From assembly GCA_964489525.1 (NCBI GenBank), contig CAZAYY010000015.1:34091-98090 (forward strand): a stretch of 64,000 nt of DNA, read 5' to 3'. The notes beneath the pieces are model-generated. The model had not been told where the DNA came from and ran no database searches. It saw only the letters and a program-made list of their open reading frames with translations. Source of the DNA: an uncultured Anaerolineales bacterium (GTDB taxonomy: Bacteria; Chloroflexota; Anaerolineae; Anaerolineales; JABWBV01). Made by a program: the position numbers and the translations under genes. Positions 19,305 through 28,911 of this stretch are shown one piece after another. Position 1 is the first letter of the stretch, and every line of letters starts with the position of its first letter.

Positions 19305-20116
19305 ACCCCACCCTGCTGGCGCATTACCCGGCCTGTACCGCCGCGTTGGATTTGAATAATTTGCGCCAGGATGCTCACTGCGATTTCTTCCGGCGTTTCG
19401 GCGTTCAGCTCCAGGCCAACCGGGGAGAAAATCCGGTCGAGCTGGTCTTTGCCGATGCCTTGCTCCAGCAGCGCAGCGGTTGTGGTTGCCCACCGCCGGC
19501 GAGAACCAATCACGCCAATAAACGCGGCTGAAGTCTGAAGCAGAGCAGGCAGGCCCGCGATGTCCACCCCGGCATTCCGCGTGGTAAGAACCAGGAAAGT
19601 ATGGGGGGTAATGGCCAGTAAATTGGGAATTTCGGCCAACGATACGGGCAGGTATTCATCGGCACCTGGTGCCACATCCGGGGTGCAAAATTCAGGTCGG
19701 TCGTCTGAAACCACCACACGAAAGCCCAACCACCCACCCAGGTGGGCAACCGCCTTGCCAACATGCCCCATTCCAACCACAACCAGGGTTGGGCGAGGAA
19801 AAACCGGTTCAATAAAAACTGCAACCGTACCGCCGCACACACCCGGGTCGCCCCGGGCCGGGTCCACCATGCTGAACTGCAGGGTTTCTGGCTGCCCGGT
19901 TTTCAGGGTTTGTTGGGCAGTTTGAATCACCCGGGCTTCCAATTCTCCGCCGCCAACGGTTCCCATAATCGTTCCATCCGGGAAAAACAACATCTTGCTG
20001 CCAACCCGGCGGGGTGTTGAACCCCGGCTGTTGATAATGGTGCATAAAACACAAGGCTGACCGCTGGCTTCTACGGCTGCCAACTTCTGATAAATGGGTT
20101 CAGAGCCAGGATGCAT
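19301..20116 (-). CDS. XdhC/CoxI-family molybdenum-cofactor insertion accessory protein
   Basis: 271 aa. The N-terminal XdhC_CoxI motif is CVLCTIINSRGSTPRRVGSKMLFFPDGTIMGTVGGGELE. The Rossmann-like C-terminal part is LVVVGMGHVGKAVAHL. Confidence 0.8.
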   Translation of the reverse strand: MHPGSEPIYQKLAAVEASGQPCVLCTIINSRGSTPRRVGSKMLFFPDGTIMGTVGGGELEARVIQTAQQTLKTGQPETLQFSMVDPARGDPGVCGGTVAVFIEPVFPRPTLVVVGMGHVGKAVAHLGGWLGFRVVVSDDRPEFCTPDVAPGADEYLPVSLAEIPNLLAITPHTFLVLTTRNAGVDIAGLPALLQTSAAFIGVIGSRRRWATTTAALLEQGIGKDQLDRIFSPVGLELNAETPEEIAVSILAQIIQIQRGGTGRVMRQQGGV

Positions 20117-20119
20117 GGC

Positions 20120-22183
20120 TTAAACCTCCTTGCCGCCTGAGCGGAGCGCAGAAACCCGGGTCCGCAACCAACGGGCTTCGTCTTCAACCCCGCGCGAATG
20201 GGCAAACTCCAGGGCTTGTTCATAATGTCGAATCGCCTTCCCTCGGTCACCGGCGTGTTCAAAATGGTCAGCCACCATCACCTGAAAATCAGGCCCGGCT
20301 CGTTGCGAAAGCCAGTTCGCAACTGCAAAATGATAGGATTTCCGATATTTTTCAGGAAGGAGGGAATAAGCCACCTCGCGCACCAGGGAATGTTTAAAAA
20401 TGTACTCGCGCTCCCCGGTGAAAATACTCCCGGCCCGGGGGAAGGCCATCTCAGCCCGAACCAAATGGCGCAGCCCATTTTGCAGCACCCGTTCCAGCAC
20501 CCCTGCGGGAAGATTGAGCAGCCCGGTTCCAGAGGGTTGGCGTGCAGCAACCAAAATGGCTCCCTCCCAGAAAACCCGGCCAACCACCGAAGCCAGGATG
20601 GCCACATCCCGCGCCTCGCGCGGCAAAGCATCCAGGCGGGATTGGATGATGGTTTGCAGGTTGCCAGATGGCTCCAACTTATTGGGCCATTCCGGTTCCA
20701 TCGTGGAGGAATCCGTTTCATGCTGATTTCGGTTGACCATGGTTTTCACCATTTCTTCCAGGTAATAGGGGTTGCCATCCGAACGCTCTGCCAGCTGGCT
20801 GACCAGGCTTTCGGGCGCAGAAGCCAACACCGGGTAGGCTTTGCGCACCAAGGGCAGGGTAAACGCAATCGGCTTTAGCTGAATCAACCTGGCAAGGTTG
20901 GCCAGGCGAACGTTTTTCCTGAACAATTCAGGGCGGCCTGCGCCCAAAATAAAAAGCGGCAGCGGGCGAGGGGCAGGCTCCATCAAGTAAGCCAGCAGGT
21001 CAAGGCTTCCTTTGTCCACCCACTGCAAATCATCAATCAGCAAAATGGTCGGGCCGGTTTCTGCAATTCGAGAGAGCAGTTCCCGGGTCATTTCAAAGGC
21101 TCGCTGCACTCGCAAAACCGGGGCTTCTTCATAGCGCGCAATAAAGGGGCTGTTGGGCCAGGGAATCCCGATCAGATCCCCAATCATATGGGCAGCCTCA
21201 ACTGCCGAAACCGAACCCAGGCGATTCCCCCACAGTTTCAACACCCCACGCAGAAATTTTTCGCGAGCCAGGTCTGGCGAAAGATCATCGGTCAGGCCGA
21301 AGCGGTCTTTCCACAAAATGCTCCAAATGAAAAATGGAGATTTCTCCGCCTGGGCCAGGCTGCGCACACTGAGCAAAGTGAGCTGTTTTTCAACCGATTC
21401 GAGGTGACTGGTGAATTCCATCAGCAAACGCGATTTGCCCAACCCGATATCCCCCGTGACCACCGCCAGGCTGGGTTTAAACCCCGTGTGCGATTCCTGG
21501 TAAACCGCCATAAGCTGGTTCCAGGCCTCTTCCCGAGCAACCATAACGGTTTGCAACCCGCCTACATCTTTATAACGAACCCGGCTGGGCTGGTCGAGTT
21601 TCTCTTGAACCAGGTAAACCGGAACTTTTTCAGTTTTTCCTCGCAGAAGAAAAGGCTCAAGCCGCTGCATCTTGAAAATACCTCGAGCAGCGCGATACGT
21701 GGCTTCACTAACCAAAACCGTGTCTGGTTCAGCGATCTCTTGCAAACGGCTGGCTACGTTGACGGTATCCCCAATCACGGTATATTCATTGCGCAAGCCC
21801 ATGTAAGCCGCCAGAAGCATCCCCGTATTTACCCCAATTTTGAGCCGGACGGCTTCAAATTGGGGGTGGTTGTGGGTGTAGGCATTCAGCGCAGCCCCCA
21901 TGGCCAGGGCCGCGCTCAGGGCTCGCTCCACATCATCCTCTCCAGCCAGCGGTGCGCCCCAAATGGCCATTACGCCATCACCGAGGTGTTTGTCAATGTA
22001 CCCATTGTGGTCCAGAATTACCTGGTCGAGGATATTCCAAACATCTTTAATAAAATCTGTAACCTGCTCTAAATCTAATTTTTCTGAAAGGGTGGTAAAT
22101 CCTTTTAAATCGGCAAACAAAACGGTTGCCATGCGCCGTTCTTCAGGATAGGCATTCGGGGCTAAATTTGCAGTCATACACAC
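20120..22183 (-). CDS. Class III adenylate/guanylate cyclase domain fused to AAA/STAND NTPase and C-terminal TPR-like region
   Basis: 687 aa. Cyclase domain: RMATVLFADLKGFTTLSEKL...GDGVMAIWGAP...IGVNTGMLLAAYMG...YTVIGDTVNVASRLQ. P-loop VTGDIGLGKSRL and Walker B ILLIDDLQWVD. Helical C-terminus (GDRGKAIRHYEQALEFA). Confidence 0.85.
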   Translation of the reverse strand: MCMTANLAPNAYPEERRMATVLFADLKGFTTLSEKLDLEQVTDFIKDVWNILDQVILDHNGYIDKHLGDGVMAIWGAPLAGEDDVERALSAALAMGAALNAYTHNHPQFEAVRLKIGVNTGMLLAAYMGLRNEYTVIGDTVNVASRLQEIAEPDTVLVSEATYRAARGIFKMQRLEPFLLRGKTEKVPVYLVQEKLDQPSRVRYKDVGGLQTVMVAREEAWNQLMAVYQESHTGFKPSLAVVTGDIGLGKSRLLMEFTSHLESVEKQLTLLSVRSLAQAEKSPFFIWSILWKDRFGLTDDLSPDLAREKFLRGVLKLWGNRLGSVSAVEAAHMIGDLIGIPWPNSPFIARYEEAPVLRVQRAFEMTRELLSRIAETGPTILLIDDLQWVDKGSLDLLAYLMEPAPRPLPLFILGAGRPELFRKNVRLANLARLIQLKPIAFTLPLVRKAYPVLASAPESLVSQLAERSDGNPYYLEEMVKTMVNRNQHETDSSTMEPEWPNKLEPSGNLQTIIQSRLDALPREARDVAILASVVGRVFWEGAILVAARQPSGTGLLNLPAGVLERVLQNGLRHLVRAEMAFPRAGSIFTGEREYIFKHSLVREVAYSLLPEKYRKSYHFAVANWLSQRAGPDFQVMVADHFEHAGDRGKAIRHYEQALEFAHSRGVEDEARWLRTRVSALRSGGKEV

Positions 22184-22193
22184 TTACCGGGTA

Positions 22194-25100
22194 TTAAGCA
22201 CTTGCACTTTTTAAACTTTTCCAGACCCGCTCAGGCGTGAGGGGAATTTGGGTGAGGGATGCGCCGCACGCATCCAACACGGCGTTGCCAACCGCCGGAG
22301 CAACCCCATCCATAGGGATTTCAGCCACAGCCTTAACCCCAAACGGGTGGGAGGGCTCAAAAGTTTCCACAAAAATCGCGTCAAGCCGGGGCATCTCGTG
22401 GGCGCTGTAAATATGATAATCGCGCAGGTCGCGTTCGCGCGCCCGACCCAATTCGTCATAGACCATTTCTTCACAAATCGCGTACCCAAGCGCCTGGACC
22501 ATGCCACCTTCAATCTGGCCTGTCGCGGTAACCGGGTTGACAATCACGCCCGAATCCACCGCCATCACCAACCGCTCAACCACAACCATGCCCGTCTCAA
22601 TGTCCACTACCACTTCAGCAAATTGGGCTGCAAATGGGGGCGGCGCAACTTTGGACATGTATGAACCCACGGCCATGATTTGTTCCTGGTTTTCGTGGTG
22701 CAGGCTGTTGTGCCCCACCTGAGCCAGGGTAACAAACCGACCATCCGGCGCAATGGCTTTGCGGTCATCCAGAATCATATCTTCGGGTTGGAGCGGCACC
22801 GCCTGGTTTTCGGCGTTGAGCATTGCCGCAGCCCGAGCAGAAATTTTTTCTGCCACCTGCCGGGCTGCACGCACCACAGCCGCACCCGAAATGTAGGTGG
22901 TGGAGGAGGCATAGGCGCCTTTGTCGAACGGTGTAAAGTCGGTGTCCGAAGAATAGACAATCATATCCTCCACTGGAACACCCAGAACTTCCGCTGCCAT
23001 TTGGGCTAATACCGTATCTGAACCAGTTCCCAGGTCCGTAGCACCGACCAGCAGGTTAAAAGAACCATCGTCATTAAGTTTGATACTGGCGCCCCCCATA
23101 TCCAGGTATGGAATCGCCGTCCCCTGCATCACCAGGGCAGCCCCAATACCCCGCCGCAAATGGGGCTTTCCAGGCACCAGGCGCCATTCAGGCTTGTTTA
23201 CCTTTTCATCCCACCCAATCAGCGCGCGCCCCTGGCGAACGCATTCCTCCAGGCCGCAGGTCTCGATAATTTCGGGCCGGGGGGCCCGGCCTTCGCTCCA
23301 GGCGGTGCTGAAGGGCTGCATTTCTCCGGAGCGCAGGGCGTTTTTCAGGCGGAATGCCAGCGGGTCCAGGCCTAAATGCCGGGCAATGTTCTCCATGTGG
23401 CGCTCCACCGGCCAAAAGCCCTGGGGAACGCCATAACCCCGGTATGCCCCGGCTGGTGGGGTATTGGTGTAGACAATAGCGGCGGTAAACCGGATATTCG
23501 GCGCGGCGCGGTATGGACCATCGCCCACATACAAAGCCATCGCTTTATGCCCGGTGTTCCCGGTAACCGTCAGCGCGTGGCAGCCATACGCCCCTGTATC
23601 GGAAAGGCAGTGCATCTGGTTGGCGGTGATCGTGCCATCCTGCTTCACCCCGGTTTTCATTTTGATTCGCATCGGGTGCCGGGAACGAGCGGCAATAAAT
23701 TCTTCTTCACGGGTATATTCAAAGCGTACCGGACGGCCTGTTGCAATCGTCAGGTGCGCAGCAACATCTTCAATCATTACTTCCTGTTTGCCGCCAAAAC
23801 CCCCACCAATGCGAGGCTTAATCACCCGAATGCGTTTAACCGGCAGCCCAAGAACAGGGGCTAGAATCCGGCGCGCATGAAATGGGACTTGTGTGCTGGT
23901 GCGAATCACCAGGCGGTCGTCCTCATCCCAATAGGTAATCACAATATGAGGCTCAATATGCGCCTGCTGCACTTTGGGCACTTCATATTCCTGCTCATAA
24001 ATATGGTCGGCTTCCGCAAACCCTTTTTCTACATCACCAATGTCAATATGAATTTGGGCAGCCAGATTTCGCGATGGGTCGGAATCGGCAAAATTCACAT
24101 ACTCTGGCTCGTCGTGAATGCGAGGGGCAGAAGGAGACATAGAAAAGCCCGAATCGAGCACAGCGGGCAGAATTTCGTACTCCACGTCCACCAGGCTCAA
24201 GGCATGGCGGGCAATCTCTTCGGTTTCTGCGGCCACCATGGCGACCCGATCCCCGACAAACCGCACCTTATAATCTAAAGAAAAAGTATCCAATGGGCCA
24301 GGAATAGGGTCAGACTGGCCGGCCGTAGAGTAAACCACCCGGGGAAGATCGTGATGGGTCAGTACAGCAGCCACCCCTGGGAGTGCCCTGGCCTGCGTGG
24401 CATCAATTCTGACGATCCGGGCGTGGGCATGTGGACTGTAGAGCACCTTGGCCACCAACATTCCCCGCATTTCGAGGTCATCGGTAAAGGCGGGTTTGCC
24501 CAACGCCAACTTGACCGCGTCTACCTTGATATCGGGCTGGCCCACTCGCTTCAAATCCTGGGTCTGGGGAGTGGTAATCACCCTGGGGGTTACCTGGGTT
24601 TGGACATCCATCCCATGCTCAGCACCCGAACCAGGCCGCGGCTCGCCAGGCAAAGGCCAATCTACCGCGACACCAGGCGTTTCAAGGGTAGAAACCCGCA
24701 GCGGGTGTTCCCCCCGTAAAATCGCCGCCGCATGCAGCACGGCCTGGACCGGCTTCAAATACCCGGTGCAGCGGCAAAGCACACCAGACAAACTCTCACG
24801 AACCTGTTCTTCGGATGGAGATGGCTCAGCAGCAATAAGGCTATGCGCAGCCAGGATCATCGCTGGCGTACAATAGCCGCACTGAATCGCACCCATTTCC
24901 ACAAACGCCTGTTGGATGGCGTTCATTCCAATCGTTGCCCGCCAGCCTTTCTCCGGGTGTTCTCCCAGGTCTTCAATGGTTTTTATCCCATGGCCTTCCG
25001 CCTGGGCGGCGAGCATGACACAGCTGTTGACAGGTTTCCCATCCAATAAAACCGTGCACGCTCCACATTCCCCGGTTTCACAGCCATGCTTGACCCCAAA

Positions 25101-25196
25101 ATAACCGCTGCGGCGCAGGGCCTTCAGCAGGGTTTCCCCGGGTTGGGCGTCAATTTCTAAGGTCTGTTGGTTAACTTGCAGCACAAGGCGCATCAC
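22194..25196 (-). CDS. Xanthine dehydrogenase/aldehyde oxidase-family molybdopterin subunit fused to an N-terminal [2Fe-2S] subunit (XdhD-like architecture)
   Basis: 1000 aa. The N-terminus carries GCETGECGACTV...NSC and QCGYCTPAMI...LCRCTGY, the two 2Fe-2S motifs of CoxS-type subunits. The remainder has aldehyde oxidase/xanthine dehydrogenase a/b-hammerhead and molybdopterin-binding regions (GGGFGGK, TGAYRGYG, AEIPMDG). Confidence 0.9.
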   Translation of the reverse strand: MMRLVLQVNQQTLEIDAQPGETLLKALRRSGYFGVKHGCETGECGACTVLLDGKPVNSCVMLAAQAEGHGIKTIEDLGEHPEKGWRATIGMNAIQQAFVEMGAIQCGYCTPAMILAAHSLIAAEPSPSEEQVRESLSGVLCRCTGYLKPVQAVLHAAAILRGEHPLRVSTLETPGVAVDWPLPGEPRPGSGAEHGMDVQTQVTPRVITTPQTQDLKRVGQPDIKVDAVKLALGKPAFTDDLEMRGMLVAKVLYSPHAHARIVRIDATQARALPGVAAVLTHHDLPRVVYSTAGQSDPIPGPLDTFSLDYKVRFVGDRVAMVAAETEEIARHALSLVDVEYEILPAVLDSGFSMSPSAPRIHDEPEYVNFADSDPSRNLAAQIHIDIGDVEKGFAEADHIYEQEYEVPKVQQAHIEPHIVITYWDEDDRLVIRTSTQVPFHARRILAPVLGLPVKRIRVIKPRIGGGFGGKQEVMIEDVAAHLTIATGRPVRFEYTREEEFIAARSRHPMRIKMKTGVKQDGTITANQMHCLSDTGAYGCHALTVTGNTGHKAMALYVGDGPYRAAPNIRFTAAIVYTNTPPAGAYRGYGVPQGFWPVERHMENIARHLGLDPLAFRLKNALRSGEMQPFSTAWSEGRAPRPEIIETCGLEECVRQGRALIGWDEKVNKPEWRLVPGKPHLRRGIGAALVMQGTAIPYLDMGGASIKLNDDGSFNLLVGATDLGTGSDTVLAQMAAEVLGVPVEDMIVYSSDTDFTPFDKGAYASSTTYISGAAVVRAARQVAEKISARAAAMLNAENQAVPLQPEDMILDDRKAIAPDGRFVTLAQVGHNSLHHENQEQIMAVGSYMSKVAPPPFAAQFAEVVVDIETGMVVVERLVMAVDSGVIVNPVTATGQIEGGMVQALGYAICEEMVYDELGRARERDLRDYHIYSAHEMPRLDAIFVETFEPSHPFGVKAVAEIPMDGVAPAVGNAVLDACGASLTQIPLTPERVWKSLKSASA

Positions 25197-25204
25197 TCAC
25201 TCCT

Positions 25205-28117
25205 TTATAAAACTTTGGTTACCTGCAGCCAATCCCCACCCCGGGCCTGGTTGGCAGCGGTAATTGCATCTGCCGAGCCCAAAACAACCACATGCCCCCG
25301 GCTGCGCACCATATCCAGCGCATCTCCAAAATCACGGAAATTAGCCTGCCCGGTGGAAAGAACCTGGTCGCGCACCAGCTGGCGGTTTTCGCTGGTGATC
25401 CCGCTGAGGTGCCAGGTCAGGGCAGTAAAGCCTTTGGCGTCTGGAAGCATGTATGCATCCAGATCGCTGATGGTTCCAATGATTGAACGTTCAATTTCAG
25501 CAGCACTGATGGAAAGGTTTTGCAAAAACCCGGTTGAGGCATCGTAGTTTTCCAACGTACCCAGGAGGTTAGGGTCACGATAAGATTGAAACGCCAGCGA
25601 ACCGGAAATCCGGTCGAACGAAACCGAACCACCATAAGCCCCACCCTTAACCCGCACCTGCTCCCACAACCAGGTGGTGCGCAGGTAGCGTAAAGCCACC
25701 AGGGCGGATCCGTGAAATGTGTAGCCATGGTCGTAAAGGTTCAGCCCCTTGGCAACATAGTTCACCTGGGCCGGAATTGTAAGACCTTCATGCTCCGGAA
25801 ACGAAGCAGGCAGCCAGGTCTGATGCGAAAGAGGTTGGGCAGGCAACGCTGCAATGAAATTTTCCAAATGGGGGCGTAAAGAGGTGTATCCTGCGGCATC
25901 TACGGTGAGGTTCACCAATAATCCGGCGCGATTGACCAGGATGGAACGAATATGCTCTAACTTCTCGAGCACGACTGCCCAATTTTCGGCCACTCGGGCA
26001 ACCAGCCCACGGGTAAAAAACAGGCTGTTCACACCGCCAACCTCTTCAGAGAACCAATCCACCGGGTGGAAATGGGCTTTCAACCTGCCCGCTGCCACAG
26101 CATTTCCGGAGGGAACCAAACCGGCTTCTTTCCCGGCTTTGGCCTTCAGCACCATCTGGCGGAACCGTTCGGAGTTATCGAGTCGAACCGTGAGCAAAAT
26201 CTCCTGCAGCAGCGCCATCATCTCCGGAACCTGCGCCAGGGTGCTTTTCGCACGCACAACCAGGTGTGCGTTTGAACCCTGACCATCCAGAATGGGCGTG
26301 TTGTAAATCATGGGAGCGATGCCGCCGGTTTTGCTGCCAATTTGCTGGGTGAGCCGAATAAAATCTTGTTTTTCTGTACCGTGTTCTAACAACGCCCGGC
26401 TGAACAAAGGCAGGTAAGGCAGAAGATCTTGTGGCAGTGCCTGCAAGTCAAAACACAGGTCCAGGTAAACCAGCCCGTTGGTAAACAGGTCATGGAAAAA
26501 GACCGGGGCGCCTTGAAGCGTGTCGAAGTCGCCAGGGATGGACCGGGCAAGCGGCTCAATATCCGAAAGTTTCAGAAAGGGCAGGGTGGCGAGGGCTTCG
26601 GGGGTGTCGGGGGTTTCCTGGATTTTTTTCAAAGCCAGGGTGTTTTCGTGGACTGCCTGGAAATCTTCCGGGGTCATGCCGGCCGCCGCCTGGTTGATCC
26701 GGGCTTGCTCTGCATCCTGGATCTGCTTTTTTGCCTCCGCATCCGGGTAGAGCAGCACAGCAGCCCGGTGGGGGTTCTCTAAAAAGAATGTTTTAATCAG
26801 GTTTTCAAAATATTGTTCACCAGCCTGGGCACGAATGGATGTGAGCATCTCTTCAAAATAAAGCGGCTCAATGGGGTCGGCGCCATAATTCCAGGCGGAA
26901 AGTGCTCGAAACATCAGAGAAAGACCGCGCGGGAAACTGCCTGTGTTGTTCTCCCGCAGGCGAAATTCAACCGTATTCAAAGCCGCTTCTATCGTTGCAG
27001 GGTCAAACCCCTCCTGAGCAAGAGAATTTAACGTAGATAGAATCAGCTCTTCCACCTTGGGTGCGTTTTCCACTGCCAGGCCGCGCAGCCCAACCGAATA
27101 GGCCTGCTGGCGAAAATACCCCATCAAACCCGCGCCAATCAGGTCTTCCCCCAGGCCGGAATCGAGCAGCGCTTTGCGCAGGGGAGAGGCGGGTGTACCC
27201 GTGAGGATGTAATCCAAAATGGATAAGCCCAGGCGCAGCGCCGGGTCGCGATTTTCGGTCAGCATCCAGTTAAGGGTTACCAGGCTTTTTTTGCTGGTAT
27301 CACCTTCCCCCGCATCATAACCAAATTGAAGACGGCGGGGGGCATCGAAGCGCGGCTGAAGGGGCACCTGGATATCCACCTCAAGGGGTTCAAATTCGTC
27401 CAGGTAGCTGGCGGCTTGTTTAAGCCGTTCAGTGGGGTCGTCGTCACCATAGAAATACACCCGTGCATTCGCCGGGTGATAATGCCGGGTGTGGAATGCT
27501 TTGAAATCGGCATAGGTCAGGTCTGGGATTGCGCGCGGGTCGCCACCCGAATCAAAGGCATACACCGTATCCGGAAAAAGGGACTGGCTGGCATGCTTGT
27601 ACATCATTGCGTCTGCAGAGGAATATGCACCCTTCATTTCGTTGTACACCACTCCCTTGAGGGTCAGGGGAGATTCAGGGGTTTCCAATTCGAAATGCCA
27701 GCCTTCCTGGTCTAAAATGTGGGGAGGAATCAGCGGGTGAAAAACCGCATCCAGGTAGACATCCACCAGGTTGTAAAAGTCTTGCAGATTGGTGCTGGCA
27801 ACCGGGTAGGTGGTCATGTCGGCAAAAGTCATGGCGTTCAAGAAGGTCTTGAGTGAGCCTTTGACCAGTTCAATGAATGGCTCTTTGACCGGGTATTTGC
27901 GTGAGCCACACAAGACCGAATGCTCCATGATGTGGGCAATGCCGGTAGAGGCTGCATATGGTGTACGAAAGGTGATGCCAAAACTTTTGTTTTCGTCATC
28001 ATTTTCCAGGGAGAGCAGTTCTGCTCCAGTTTTGTTATGACGAAACAACCTTGCGCGGGTATTGATTTCTGGAATAAAAGCTTCTTTGAGGAGTGAAAAA
28101 CCAAACATGATCAACAA
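25205..28117 (-). CDS. M16C-family insulinase-like zinc metalloprotease (PreP/presequence-protease-like)
   Basis: 970 aa. Inverted zinc motif HIMEHSVLCGSRKYP (HxxEH) near the N-terminus. Length and the YNEMKGAYS region are typical of the M16C (PreP/CYM1) subfamily. Confidence 0.9.
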   Translation of the reverse strand: MLIMFGFSLLKEAFIPEINTRARLFRHNKTGAELLSLENDDENKSFGITFRTPYAASTGIAHIMEHSVLCGSRKYPVKEPFIELVKGSLKTFLNAMTFADMTTYPVASTNLQDFYNLVDVYLDAVFHPLIPPHILDQEGWHFELETPESPLTLKGVVYNEMKGAYSSADAMMYKHASQSLFPDTVYAFDSGGDPRAIPDLTYADFKAFHTRHYHPANARVYFYGDDDPTERLKQAASYLDEFEPLEVDIQVPLQPRFDAPRRLQFGYDAGEGDTSKKSLVTLNWMLTENRDPALRLGLSILDYILTGTPASPLRKALLDSGLGEDLIGAGLMGYFRQQAYSVGLRGLAVENAPKVEELILSTLNSLAQEGFDPATIEAALNTVEFRLRENNTGSFPRGLSLMFRALSAWNYGADPIEPLYFEEMLTSIRAQAGEQYFENLIKTFFLENPHRAAVLLYPDAEAKKQIQDAEQARINQAAAGMTPEDFQAVHENTLALKKIQETPDTPEALATLPFLKLSDIEPLARSIPGDFDTLQGAPVFFHDLFTNGLVYLDLCFDLQALPQDLLPYLPLFSRALLEHGTEKQDFIRLTQQIGSKTGGIAPMIYNTPILDGQGSNAHLVVRAKSTLAQVPEMMALLQEILLTVRLDNSERFRQMVLKAKAGKEAGLVPSGNAVAAGRLKAHFHPVDWFSEEVGGVNSLFFTRGLVARVAENWAVVLEKLEHIRSILVNRAGLLVNLTVDAAGYTSLRPHLENFIAALPAQPLSHQTWLPASFPEHEGLTIPAQVNYVAKGLNLYDHGYTFHGSALVALRYLRTTWLWEQVRVKGGAYGGSVSFDRISGSLAFQSYRDPNLLGTLENYDASTGFLQNLSISAAEIERSIIGTISDLDAYMLPDAKGFTALTWHLSGITSENRQLVRDQVLSTGQANFRDFGDALDMVRSRGHVVVLGSADAITAANQARGGDWLQVTKVL

Positions 28118-28122
28118 CCTTT

Positions 28123-28884
28123 CTACATTTTTTCAAGCGTTTCTAATGCCCGTCGGGCCAAAACTGGCCCAACGGCCAACCGGTATTCCGCACTTGCCCA
28201 GGCATCGGTGGCGTTGGCACACACACTTTCGACCGCAAAAGGAACCCCCCCAGGTTCAGGAGCATCCAGGGCAAGCCGCGGAGCGTGGCCAAAGCCACCC
28301 ACAACCACCCGCAGCCGCCCGGAAGGCCAACGGGCAATCGCCACTGCAAGGATCGGCCGGTCTGCAGGCGTACGGGCAACAGATTCATAAGCCAGGGAAG
28401 CCCTGCGCTGAATGGATAGGGCCGTTATCAGGCGGCCTGGCAGTATACTGGTACGGGCGTTAAACAGGTCGCCCAACGGCACAACTGTATCGCCCGGCAG
28501 CAGGGTAAGCTGGGCATCGAGGGCCAACATGGCAGCCGCAAAAGGCGAGCGGCCATCCGCACTCACCAGGGTCCCGGCAACACTGGCCTGCTGGCGCAGG
28601 TTGTGGTTTGCCTCCAGACGAATAACCCGGGAAAGTTCTGGTTGAATGCCTGGGGCAGTCAGAAGAGTTTCTAAATGGGCGGCAGCGCCAATTTCAAACG
28701 CGCTGCCTTGCTGGCGTATGGCACCCAAACCCAGGTTTTGCAGGTCTACCACGGCAAAAGGGTCTGCGGCCGTTTGAGCTGCCAACACAGTCCCCCCAGC
28801 CAGGGGCAGGGTTTGCGGGGCTGGCCGGGCCAGCAGCTCAAGGGCTATTTCTAAAGAATCGGGCCGGTGATATTCAACGTACAC
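28123..28884 (-). CDS. FAD-binding subunit of a xanthine-dehydrogenase-family molybdoenzyme (CoxM/YgfM-like)
   Basis: 253 aa. YHRPDSLEIALELLAR...LPLAGGTVL is the N-terminal signature of the molybdopterin-dehydrogenase FAD-binding domain. It is short, similar in size to YgfM-type subunits. Confidence 0.8.
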   Translation of the reverse strand: MYVEYHRPDSLEIALELLARPAPQTLPLAGGTVLAAQTAADPFAVVDLQNLGLGAIRQQGSAFEIGAAAHLETLLTAPGIQPELSRVIRLEANHNLRQQASVAGTLVSADGRSPFAAAMLALDAQLTLLPGDTVVPLGDLFNARTSILPGRLITALSIQRRASLAYESVARTPADRPILAVAIARWPSGRLRVVVGGFGHAPRLALDAPEPGGVPFAVESVCANATDAWASAEYRLAVGPVLARRALETLEKM

Positions 28885-28911
28885 GCGAAACCTCCTGAAA
28901 CAAGATTAGCG

